This document shows, in pieces, positions 10,432 through 17,366 of a DNA stretch of 24,000 nucleotides. Source of the stretch: an uncultured Leptolinea sp. (lineage in GTDB: Bacteria > Chloroflexota > Anaerolineae > Anaerolineales > Anaerolineaceae). Every line of letters begins with the position of its first letter. Position 1 is the stretch's first letter. Below the pieces are notes generated by a model, which ran no database searches, had not been told where the DNA came from, and saw only the letters and a list, made by a program, of their open reading frames with translations. The position numbers and the translations under genes were made by a program. The stretch covers positions 21,732 through 45,731 of the forward strand of contig CAYNJT010000018.1 of assembly GCA_964397625.1 (NCBI GenBank). The letters are read 5' to 3'.

Positions 10432-10618
10432 GTAGGGACATAGCATCCGGCAAGAAGCATTGAACGCGGCAAAAACATGGCTCCGGATGCTTTGTCCGGG
10501 GTGACGCCATGCACATTTTTATACCTTTGCGAACTTCCCGACACGCCCACGGTAGAAGCATCCGGAGATTTGTCTGTTTTTAATCTCATGATCGCGTACC
10601 GGATGCTTCTCCCCTACA
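10432..10618 (+). repeat. Structured element, copy 2
   Basis: GGTAGAAGCATCCGG (10551-10565) pairs with CCGGATGCTTCTCCC (10599-10613) with one mismatch. AGCATCCGG (10442-10450) pairs with CCGGATGCT (10483-10491). GTAGGG (10432-10437) and CCCTAC (10612-10617) form terminal inverted ends. A T5 run follows at 10626-10630. Confidence 0.6.
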
Positions 10619-10675
10619 TGGAATATTTTTGGTAATTACAATAGACGATCAATATTACGTGGTAAATTGTCTTAA

Positions 10676-10861
10676 GTAGTGACATGGTATCCGGAAAGAA
10701 TCTTTGAACGCGTCAAGAACAATTCTCCGGATGCTTTGTCCTTGGTAATGCCATACATGTATTTATCCCTTTGCGAATTTCCTAACAGGCCCAGGGTAGA
10801 AGCATCCGGAGCCAAGTCTATAATGAAATGTCGGTTACATTCCGGATGCTTCTACCCTACA
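10676..10861 (+). repeat. Structured element, copy 3
   Basis: GGGTAGAAGCATCCGGA (10794-10810) pairs perfectly with TCCGGATGCTTCTACCC (10841-10857), giving a 17-bp stem and a 30-nt loop. GTATCCGGA (10687-10695) pairs with TCCGGATGC (10726-10734) through one G-U. T-rich sequence follows at 10871-10884. Confidence 0.6.
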
Positions 10862-10968
10862 AAAGATATTTGTTGAATTTTTTTACCTCCCCACCCACTT
10901 TTCTATTACCATTTTTCCCTTGACCCGCTCCCGGCTATAATGGGAAATGTTGGAAGGAAGGTGGATGT

Positions 10969-12222
10969 ATGTCTCATTCTGGCCGTTTCTCGTATCCGTT
11001 GATCTGCTTTCTGCTATTCATAACCATATCTACCAGCTTCCTGGCCGCCGCTCCGGTCAGCGCTCAGGCGCCCACCCCGACGCCCGTGCCAACGCTGATC
11101 CCCACCGAGGAAGTGCTGCCGCCCTCCGACCTGTTCGTCCAGCTGCCGGCGGCGGCCCCACGCCTGCCTGCCTATAAGCCTGTGGTGCTGGATTTCATTA
11201 AAATGACTGATATCGACAACGGCTGGGCGCTCTCCGGTGTGTCGGTGCTGACCACCTACAACGGGGGGCTGTCGTGGCGCGAAGTCACCCCGCCCGAATC
11301 CATCCCCGAGGGCAGCACGGCCATTCCATACGCGTTTTTCCTCAACCGGGATACCGCCTGGGTGATCTATTCCATTGACGCGCAGATTACCCCCGAATCC
11401 ACAGTCTGGGTTACCATGGACGGCGGCAAGCATTGGACAGCCGGAATGGCAATAAATCAGCAGGTCTTTGGAGACAAACTGTGGGCGGAATTTTTCGCCC
11501 TTGATTCTCACAACGTGTGGTTGATGGTGCGCGGGGTGATCGAAGAGACCGGCTCAAATTACACCCACGCGCTTTTCCGCAGCACAGACGGGGGATTCAC
11601 CTGGACTTATCTGCCCTTTGATTCGAGCGAAAACTATACCGGCATGTCCTTTTCTGATATCAATTTCGGTGTGCGCACCATAAAATCTGCCGAACCATAT
11701 GACGAACAACCGCCAGCCTATGAAATGACCATTGACGGCGGCGTCACCTGGGAGAAGCACGAGCTCCCGGCGCCCATTGATGAACCCGATCTGTTCAAAC
11801 AGTTTGCCTACTGTGAAACCTATCAGCCTGTGGCATTATCCTTCCCGTCTTTCCGCCTGCTGATGGGCTGCACCGACAATCTCAGTCCGCACAAATTGTT
11901 TGAAGGTTTCTTTTACTCAAGCAAGAACGGCGGCAACACCTGGCTTTCTTATAAGCTTCCGGCTAAAGCCCGCGCCGATACCGGGCAGCTTGTCTATTTC
12001 AGCGATAAGAAGCTCTACCTTTTGGACAAGCGATCATACTACAGTATTAATGACGGCATGAAATGGGCTGACCTCAAGGTGGTCAACTGGGACGGCCAAT
12101 TCAGCTTTGTTGACCCGGTGCATGGATGGGCTATCGCCCGCCTGCAGAAGGCTGTGTCACTGGTAAAAACCACCAACAAGGCCTACACCTGGAAGATCAT
12201 TGTGCCGATGGTTGTGAGGTAA
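10969..12222 (+). CDS. Secreted BNR/Asp-box repeat beta-propeller protein (Ycf48/sialidase-like fold)
   Basis: 417 aa. Signal peptide ICFLLFITISTSFLAAAPVSAQA followed by a Pro/Thr linker. Six to seven Asp-box-like motifs: YNGGLSWRE, MDGGKHWT, STDGGFTWT, IDGGVTWE, SKNGGNTWL, INDGMKWA. GGAAGGAAGGTGG SD region at 10952-10964. Confidence 0.85.
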   Translation: MSHSGRFSYPLICFLLFITISTSFLAAAPVSAQAPTPTPVPTLIPTEEVLPPSDLFVQLPAAAPRLPAYKPVVLDFIKMTDIDNGWALSGVSVLTTYNGGLSWREVTPPESIPEGSTAIPYAFFLNRDTAWVIYSIDAQITPESTVWVTMDGGKHWTAGMAINQQVFGDKLWAEFFALDSHNVWLMVRGVIEETGSNYTHALFRSTDGGFTWTYLPFDSSENYTGMSFSDINFGVRTIKSAEPYDEQPPAYEMTIDGGVTWEKHELPAPIDEPDLFKQFAYCETYQPVALSFPSFRLLMGCTDNLSPHKLFEGFFYSSKNGGNTWLSYKLPAKARADTGQLVYFSDKKLYLLDKRSYYSINDGMKWADLKVVNWDGQFSFVDPVHGWAIARLQKAVSLVKTTNKAYTWKIIVPMVVR

Positions 12223-12269
12223 AGAAGGTTGGATACAGTCAAAAGTTAATGAACACATAAAAGGATTAA

Positions 12270-14021
12270 TTATTGAAAATCGAGAATTAAGCCACCACTG
12301 GATCTTCTCTCTGCAATCCATCCTTTATATCCATTCCAATCCGCGTACCACCAATTTATTCCATCAGCGATTTTTGGACCTGAGATTATTTTTACTTCTT
12401 CACCACTCGCAATCACAACTACAACATCTTTTTTGTCATCTTTATTTGAAAATCCTGGAGATTTTCTAAGATTTACAAAATATACATTTCCTGTGATTGT
12501 TGCTTTTTTGTTAATAGATGATGAAGCAACATTTTCGCTATCAGATTTGTTTGTTTGCCCTTCTGATTCAGCGGTGTTACCTTCAACTATTGATGACTTT
12601 TTTGAACCTGAGTTTTCAACCTCATTTCCGTTATGCGAAACCTGTTCGGAAAATGGAAGATTTACCTTGAACCATCCAACACCGTCTGGAGTGGACAAAT
12701 TAATAATATAGTCTCCTTTTGAAAGAGCCTCTTCGGTAATTAATCCTAATCCAATACAGATGGATCCTTTCACAGTTTGTGCAGGGCCAATCACCGTAGG
12801 TTTCGATGATTCGAGCTTGTAATCTCGATCATTTCCCTGGCAGCCGGTTGTGTAACTTGTATAAATTGTGCCCCAACCATCAATTACCGAAGTGCGAAAG
12901 TCAAATTTCTTGTCTGATGCCTTATCTGTATTAGTTACATCAATATCCATCAAAATTACAGGTTCGTTTTTTGTTGAAAACTGATTCATTTGATATGTAG
13001 CTTTAGGGTTACTGATTTGGAATTTAACGGGTGAATCACTTTCACTTGAATAAGGAAATTTATAGTTTTCTGGAACATTTTTTATGGCAACACCATATTC
13101 AAAAGAATTTGATGGAATCTCATCCCAATTTATTGGATTAATGTTACTGGCGGTCAGATTTTTCGGTTGCAGTGTGGAAGGAATTAGGAATTCAATATGA
13201 AAAGTTTTTGGAACTTTATCAATCCAATTACCAGTCCCAACTCCACGGGCTGAAATTATGGCCTTAGGAGGTAATAAAAAGAAATAATCATTAGTTAATG
13301 ATAAATTGTTGTATTGATCTACAACATCAGATTTGAAATGTTCCACAAATCTTCCGTTATCATAAGTATTTTCATCTTCAGTGGAAACTGTTATTTGATT
13401 TTTACTGGGAAAATTTACTTGAATAGGCTTGTCTGATGTGGAGGAAATTCCAATTCTAAAATTATAATTTGTCCATCCAGGTTTTTTATCTGCATCTTTA
13501 CTCGAAATCGAATAACCAAAAATTTGATAAGCTGGTTTTTCTGGGTTTACAGGGTTTTCTGATTGTTGTTCAGTGCTCGGAATTTTTACCAGATTAGTAT
13601 GTCCTCGAATCCATCCACACCATTTCCATTTCCCATCTTCTTTGGTTATTTTCCATTCTTCATCAAGATTCTCACTGGTAACCACCCCAGAAATTGACCC
13701 CCTGATTTCTCCGATAACAGAAATGTTAACCTCATCATTTGAGATGTTTTTTGCTTGATATTTTATACCACTATCATCAACATCAATTTTTATATCCCTG
13801 ATCAACTGGCCTGCAAACAGGTAAATGGCAGAATTGATGGCAAGGTTTTGTCTGAATTCACTTTTAACCTCACTACATACCAAGCTATCGGCTTTAAGGG
13901 AATCCATTTTGTTGACTGCCAGGAACCACTCTCGTGCAACTTTCTCAGCCTCGGATGTATTCGAAGAACAACTTGAAAAAAGAAGAATGGTGAATAGAAA
14001 AAAAGGTAATAATTTTTTCAT
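12270..14021 (-). CDS. AT-rich lipoprotein with N-terminal NTF2/DUF4878-like module and C-terminal SH3b domain
   Basis: The track ORF starts at GTG 14051. ATG 14021 has a GAGGAA SD (14030..14025) and yields a classic lipoprotein signal MKKLLPFFLFTILLFSSC (lipobox LFSSC). The C-terminus GNVYFVNLRKSPGF...VKIISGPKIADGINWWYADWNGYKGWIAERR is SH3b-like. Composition is far more AT-rich than the flanks. Confidence 0.85.
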   Translation of the reverse strand: MKKLLPFFLFTILLFSSCSSNTSEAEKVAREWFLAVNKMDSLKADSLVCSEVKSEFRQNLAINSAIYLFAGQLIRDIKIDVDDSGIKYQAKNISNDEVNISVIGEIRGSISGVVTSENLDEEWKITKEDGKWKWCGWIRGHTNLVKIPSTEQQSENPVNPEKPAYQIFGYSISSKDADKKPGWTNYNFRIGISSTSDKPIQVNFPSKNQITVSTEDENTYDNGRFVEHFKSDVVDQYNNLSLTNDYFFLLPPKAIISARGVGTGNWIDKVPKTFHIEFLIPSTLQPKNLTASNINPINWDEIPSNSFEYGVAIKNVPENYKFPYSSESDSPVKFQISNPKATYQMNQFSTKNEPVILMDIDVTNTDKASDKKFDFRTSVIDGWGTIYTSYTTGCQGNDRDYKLESSKPTVIGPAQTVKGSICIGLGLITEEALSKGDYIINLSTPDGVGWFKVNLPFSEQVSHNGNEVENSGSKKSSIVEGNTAESEGQTNKSDSENVASSSINKKATITGNVYFVNLRKSPGFSNKDDKKDVVVVIASGEEVKIISGPKIADGINWWYADWNGYKGWIAERRSSGGLILDFQ

Positions 14022-14059
14022 GATTTCCTCGATGAGATTAAATTTACCCACTAAAATTA

Positions 14060-14239
14060 TTATCTTTGAAATAAAATCGATGTCAAGTAATTTATGAATG
14101 GTTCTTCTTTAACACAAATCACTATTGATTTCTTTGACTGGCCTCCCATAAATTTGTATAAATTATCAAATATTGCCTTTGCCAAATTTGCGATAAGTAA
14201 AACACAAAAAATCCAAACTACGATGCTTCCAAAATACAT
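14060..14239 (-). CDS. Small (59-aa) membrane protein, not in the ORF track, upstream of the AT-rich lipoprotein
   Basis: Hand translation of the minus strand gives MYFGSIVVWIFCVLLIANLAKAIFDNLYKFMGGQSKKSIVICVKEEPFINYLTSILFQR then a stop. AAGGAG SD (14250..14245) lies 5 nt before ATG 14239. The N-terminus is a hydrophobic helix. The ORF ends 38 nt before the lipoprotein ATG on the same strand. Confidence 0.4.
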   Translation of the reverse strand: MYFGSIVVWIFCVLLIANLAKAIFDNLYKFMGGQSKKSIVICVKEEPFINYLTSILFQR

Positions 14240-14342
14240 CAGTACTCCTTTTTACAATTTCTTTACCGTAATTATGCAACTATTAAACACCGGCAGGGTT
14301 TAATACTTCATAGAGGTTCCGGTTTAGCCAAAGGAGTATGCC

Positions 14343-14429
14343 ATGGGCGCGGTTTATTTTGTCGTCACTCTCGTAACCACATTATTCGCAGCCATCAGCT
14401 TTGCAGACCTGCTGGACAAGCAGGATTAA
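14343..14429 (+). CDS. Candidate 28-aa hydrophobic micropeptide
   Basis: AAGGAG (14331-14336) lies 6 nt before ATG 14343. Translation: MGAVYFVVTLVTTLFAAISFADLLDKQD then a stop. This is one TM-like helix with an acidic tail. The stop overlaps the stop of the convergent DinB-like gene (TTAA at 14426-14429). No homology was recognised. Confidence 0.3.
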   Translation: MGAVYFVVTLVTTLFAAISFADLLDKQD

Positions 14430-15130
14430 TTTTCGTTCAACAACCTGAATATATGGTTGATATGATCCACTTCGTGCCAGGCGGCCCGGCGCAGCACTTT
14501 TCGCGGACTCCAGAAAGAGCCGTCTTTGCCGTTGACCAGATTTTTCCCTGCCAGATCGCGCATGGCGCGTTCAAATAGGCGGCGGGTGGCTTCCAGCCGA
14601 CGGAAGGTTTCCTCCGGCAGGGTGGTTGACTGGGCATAACTGATATTCAACCGGTCCAGCAGCCACAATTCAGATGTCGCCAGGTGATCCAGAATACCGT
14701 GGATGCTCCATTTTTCGCCGGGAATATCGCGGTCATACTTTTCGGAGGGAAGGTCGCGCGTCAGGCCGACCAGATCCTCCCGCGACCAGGATAATACCTG
14801 CAAACCGCGGTCGATCTCAATATCGGTCAATGGTTTCCAATCCACCTGCCAGAAAGCAGTCACATATTTCCCGGCAGCTTTGGGCAGATTGTGCTCATCC
14901 ACCTGGTAGCATTCGAAGGTTTCTGCCAGGTGAACATCGATATCATCAAAGGTGATCCAGTTTTCTTTCGCTCTGGCTGCCACGCGCTCCTTGTAGCCAA
15001 TGAACGCGCGTGGAAACGCCAGAATTGCCGCGGCCCCTTCTGCGCCGTAGGCAAAACAACCGGGGTAATCCAAAGCCCAAGCGATGGATTTGTTCTCGTA
15101 TCCATTTTCAAGACCAATTTCAATTCTCAT
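14426..15130 (-). CDS. DinB-superfamily protein with N-terminal HicB-like (UPF0150-type) domain
   Basis: The track ORF extends to 15205 and overlaps the upstream gene. ATG 15130 lies 1 nt after the upstream TGA (15134..15132). The N-terminus MRIEIGLENGYENKSIAWALDYPGCFAYGAEGAAAIL resembles the HicB PGC core. The C-terminus has DinB-type His motifs: HGILDHLATSELW and AAWHEVDHINHIFRLL. Confidence 0.75.
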   Translation of the reverse strand: MRIEIGLENGYENKSIAWALDYPGCFAYGAEGAAAILAFPRAFIGYKERVAARAKENWITFDDIDVHLAETFECYQVDEHNLPKAAGKYVTAFWQVDWKPLTDIEIDRGLQVLSWSREDLVGLTRDLPSEKYDRDIPGEKWSIHGILDHLATSELWLLDRLNISYAQSTTLPEETFRRLEATRRLFERAMRDLAGKNLVNGKDGSFWSPRKVLRRAAWHEVDHINHIFRLLNEN

Positions 15131-15131
15131 T

Positions 15132-16220
15132 TCAGATCGGATTTCCTTCCCACCCGCAGCGGGCATCGGGTATGGTGATCCACTGGTTGTCGAATTTGCC
15201 GCCATGCGGCCGCAAACGCAGGGTTTCCCCTGTAAATTGTATGCGAATATCCAGCCCTTTTAGTCCGAAGTTCGAAGTGAAGTGCGCATCTCCCGCGGAT
15301 GCGCGTGCCGCATTGATCAACGCGCAGCGGACATATGGTTCGTTGGTGGCGACAAAAGCTTTCGAATTGCTGAGTGTTTGCGATATGTTTATCGCGGCTT
15401 CCTGCCCGTTCGCGGAGGCCAGCGTTTTGGCGGCTTCTTTATCCAGGGTAATCAAAATGCCGTCTTCGTCCCAGCGCCAGGTACCTCCGCCCACCTGTGA
15501 CATGGCAAAACGCTGCTCACTGGTTGGCAGGATCAGGGCTTTCATGCGCGGCGAGTGGATCCAGCCTTCCGCGTTATTTATGTAATAGCGGCCGGCCGAT
15601 TCTGATATTTCCAACAGCCGGTCGGGCACCGGTATGGCCGGTTTGGTCTGCGTCCAGATATTCTGCTGCACAACCTGCACCTTGTTTCCGGCAATTCGGT
15701 TGACCACCATGATATGGTCTCCCTGTTTGCGGTATGTGTAAATGATCAGATCGCCCACCCGTGGAGGGATGGGACCGCCATTGGGATGATAGGTCAGGTC
15801 AGCAAATGGCAGGAATTTAGCCGCGTCGGGGTCATTCACATCCATCTTGCCCTGCTTGACCATGGATTGCATTTCGCGCGCCAATTCAATCACGGTGATC
15901 ATGTCATTGGGTATGCTGACCGTGTCCGGGAGGCGCCCGTTGGTCGATTTATATCCCAACCGTTCGGCATACAGGCGGGTGGTCAGCTCGATACACTGGA
16001 AGCAGTAGGCATACCCGCAGAATGGGGTGATCTCCACATACCCTTCGCCCTGGGTCGGGCCGATATCCGGGTAGAAGACATCCACGCCGTGGCCTGCCAG
16101 CCAGTCCGCGCCGTAGAGCAAAAGCTGGTCAGCCGCCGGTCGGGCGGAGACGGGCGCCGGCGAGATCAAACTGGCCAGGATGGCGAGAAAGGCAATGAGG
16201 GAAATGATCTGCTTTTTCAT
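15132..16220 (-). CDS. Secreted CHAP/NlpC-P60-like cysteine peptidase/amidase with an uncharacterised C-terminal domain
   Basis: 362 aa. Signal peptide MKKQIISLIAFLAILASLISPAPVSA. Catalytic-type motifs are YCFQCIELTTRLY (Q-C) and GDLIIYTYRKQGDHIMVVNRIAGNKVQVVQQN (His plus polar third residue), in CHAP order. The ~170-aa C-terminal half was not recognised. TATAAT at 16241..16236 on the minus strand, with no obvious SD. Confidence 0.6.
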   Translation of the reverse strand: MKKQIISLIAFLAILASLISPAPVSARPAADQLLLYGADWLAGHGVDVFYPDIGPTQGEGYVEITPFCGYAYCFQCIELTTRLYAERLGYKSTNGRLPDTVSIPNDMITVIELAREMQSMVKQGKMDVNDPDAAKFLPFADLTYHPNGGPIPPRVGDLIIYTYRKQGDHIMVVNRIAGNKVQVVQQNIWTQTKPAIPVPDRLLEISESAGRYYINNAEGWIHSPRMKALILPTSEQRFAMSQVGGGTWRWDEDGILITLDKEAAKTLASANGQEAAINISQTLSNSKAFVATNEPYVRCALINAARASAGDAHFTSNFGLKGLDIRIQFTGETLRLRPHGGKFDNQWITIPDARCGWEGNPI

Positions 16221-16291
16221 GGTCGGGTACTATTGATTATACCGACACAGGAGGATGCAAGTTGAATGCCTTTCCGTTTCAATACGACAAC

Positions 16292-16342
16292 TTGCAAACC
16301 TGCCCGTTTGCAGCTATGATGTATGTGTAACTGTATGTGTAA
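16292..16342 (+). promoter_or_regulatory. vapBC promoter with embedded operator repeats
   Basis: TTGCAA (16292-16297), an exact 17-nt spacer, then TATGAT (16315-16320). Inverted repeat TGCAAAC (16293-16299) / GTTTGCA (16306-16312) sits inside the spacer. Direct repeat TGTATGTGTAA occurs twice (16320-16330 and 16332-16342) and runs into the AAGGAG SD (16341-16346). Confidence 0.5.
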
Positions 16343-16350
16343 GGAGAACT

Positions 16351-16620
16351 ATGAAGGCAACTTATGAACGTGTCCAATTTCTGATCCGTCCCGATCAAAA
16401 GAAAGAAATCGCCCGGCGTGCCCGTGAAACCAAAGCCAGTATGGCTGAAGTTACCCGCCTTATACTGGATAAAGGAATTCAATTAACCCGGGAGGACGAA
16501 GAGGTTGCAAAAACTCGCGCTTTCCTAAAAAAAGCTGCCGAACACCGGAAAGCCATGCCTGTTGTAGACATTGACATGGCAGATTTTATCAATCAAATGC
16601 GCGAAGAAGAACATGATTAA
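16351..16620 (+). CDS. vapB: Ribbon-helix-helix (CopG/VapB-type) antitoxin
   Basis: ATG 16351 lies 4 nt after AAGGAG. The upstream part of the track ORF (16255-) has no support. MKATYERVQFLIRPDQKKEIARRARETKASMAEVTRLILDKG shows the RHH pattern of a beta-strand followed by two helices. 89 aa. The stop overlaps the start of the PIN gene. Confidence 0.8.
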   Translation: MKATYERVQFLIRPDQKKEIARRARETKASMAEVTRLILDKGIQLTREDEEVAKTRAFLKKAAEHRKAMPVVDIDMADFINQMREEEHD

Positions 16621-17053
16621 ATCCAATACAGCCGTTCTCGATGCGAATATCAGTATCTGTACTGTAGTCAACTCTCCATTAAGTGAATCTGCCAGTCAAC
16701 TTAGGGATAATTTATCTCGTAATGACATACGAGTTTTTGTTCCCCGACTATGGGTACCAGAAGTTACCTCGGTTATTCGCAAGCTGGTTTTTACTAATTT
16801 ACTTTCACGCGAGAATGGACGTTCGTCGCTTAAATTACTGCTCACATCAAATGTGAATTTTATAGAGGATGAAACACCTCTGGCAGTAGAAGCCTACACT
16901 TGGGCAGAACGTCTTGGCCGGAAGACTGTTTATGATTGCTTCTATATAGCCCTGGCTGACCATCTGGAAGCCGAGCTTTGGTCTGCGGATATTAAATTGA
17001 TTAATTCGTTGAAAGACCAGGGTTGGCCGAATATTCGGGAATTAAAAACCTGA
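16613..17053 (+). CDS. vapC: PIN-domain toxin (VapC-type ribonuclease)
   Basis: ATG 16613 overlaps the antitoxin stop (ATGATTAA). 146 aa. PIN acidic motifs: AVLDANISI near the N-terminus, VYDCFYIALA, and LWSADIKLINS. The size and gene order are typical of type II TA systems. Confidence 0.8.
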   Translation: MIKSNTAVLDANISICTVVNSPLSESASQLRDNLSRNDIRVFVPRLWVPEVTSVIRKLVFTNLLSRENGRSSLKLLLTSNVNFIEDETPLAVEAYTWAERLGRKTVYDCFYIALADHLEAELWSADIKLINSLKDQGWPNIRELKT

Positions 17054-17057
17054 AAAC

Positions 17058-17366
17058 TTATCCACAGCAGGCTGATCCGCCGCCGCATGAATCTCCACCG
17101 CAGGTGGCTTCTTTTTCTCCGCGCAACGCGGCATAGATCATGGCAGTGGCACAGCCCACCCCGCTATCCACATAAATGGCATGGGCGGGGCAATTGACCA
17201 TACAGGCGCCGCATTCCATGCAATCTCCCGGCCGGACCAGCCTGGCGCTGGTTTCCCCCGCCTCAAACACACCATGCGGGCAGACCATGCTGCACATTCC
17301 GCAGTTGATGCAGGCATCTGGATCATAGACCAGAGAATTGGTTTCCAGATAGGTCATGGATTTCAT
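17058..17366 (-). CDS. hgcB: Mercury methylation ferredoxin HgcB (2x[4Fe-4S] with C-terminal Cys tail)
   Basis: 102 aa. Two CX2CX2CX3CP motifs: CINCGMCSMVCP and CMECGACMVNCP. An extra conserved Cys sits in VGCATAMIY. The C-terminal tail is CGGDSCGGGSACCG with a vicinal CC pair. The start overlaps the hgcA stop (TGATG at 17368..17364). Confidence 0.9.
   Translation of the reverse strand: MKSMTYLETNSLVYDPDACINCGMCSMVCPHGVFEAGETSARLVRPGDCMECGACMVNCPAHAIYVDSGVGCATAMIYAALRGEKEATCGGDSCGGGSACCG

Larger units (their letters stand above)
10187..10861. repeat. Array of three tandem ~186-nt structured non-coding elements (period 244-245 bp) with ~57-59-nt non-conserved spacers
   Basis: The anchor TCCGGATGCTTTGTCC recurs at 10237, 10482 and 10726. 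Each unit carries four copies of the CCGGATGC/GCATCCGG core in alternating orientation. ORFs listed in the track here differ in strand and frame between units, so the region is read as non-coding. Confidence 0.8.

Noticed and set aside
10187-10861. CRISPR array as an explanation for repeats separated by ~30-nt variable segments
   Set aside because: The short motifs alternate in orientation (inverted, not direct). The true period is ~245 bp and includes a conserved internal linker. No cas genes are present.
10368-10876. Track ORFs inside the repeat region (73 aa and 60 aa minus, 65 aa plus)
   Set aside because: They lie on different strands and frames in different repeat copies and have no SD. 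Conservation follows the nucleotide pairing pattern, not any reading frame.
10920-10941. TTGACC ... TATAAT upstream of the BNR gene as a sigma70 promoter
   Set aside because: The spacer is only 10 nt, against the 16-18 nt required. At most the TATAAT could serve as a -10 element, so it is not reported as a promoter.
14094-14303. 69-aa plus-strand ORF in the AT-rich gap
   Set aside because: It has no SD and looks like a low-complexity product of AT-rich sequence. The opposite strand carries a better-supported 59-aa ORF with AAGGAG at correct spacing.
12223-14330. Mobile element (IS, integrase-bearing island) as the vehicle of the AT-rich islet
   Set aside because: I could find no transposase, integrase, tRNA, terminal inverted repeats or convincing flanking direct repeats. 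It is reported only as a compositional islet.
16255-16612. Upstream extensions of the vapB (from 16255) and vapC (from 16571) track ORFs
   Set aside because: The vapB extension would read through its own promoter and operator and lacks an SD. ATG 16351 follows AAGGAG. The vapC ATG 16613 gives the usual TA start/stop overlap and a PIN-typical N-terminus.
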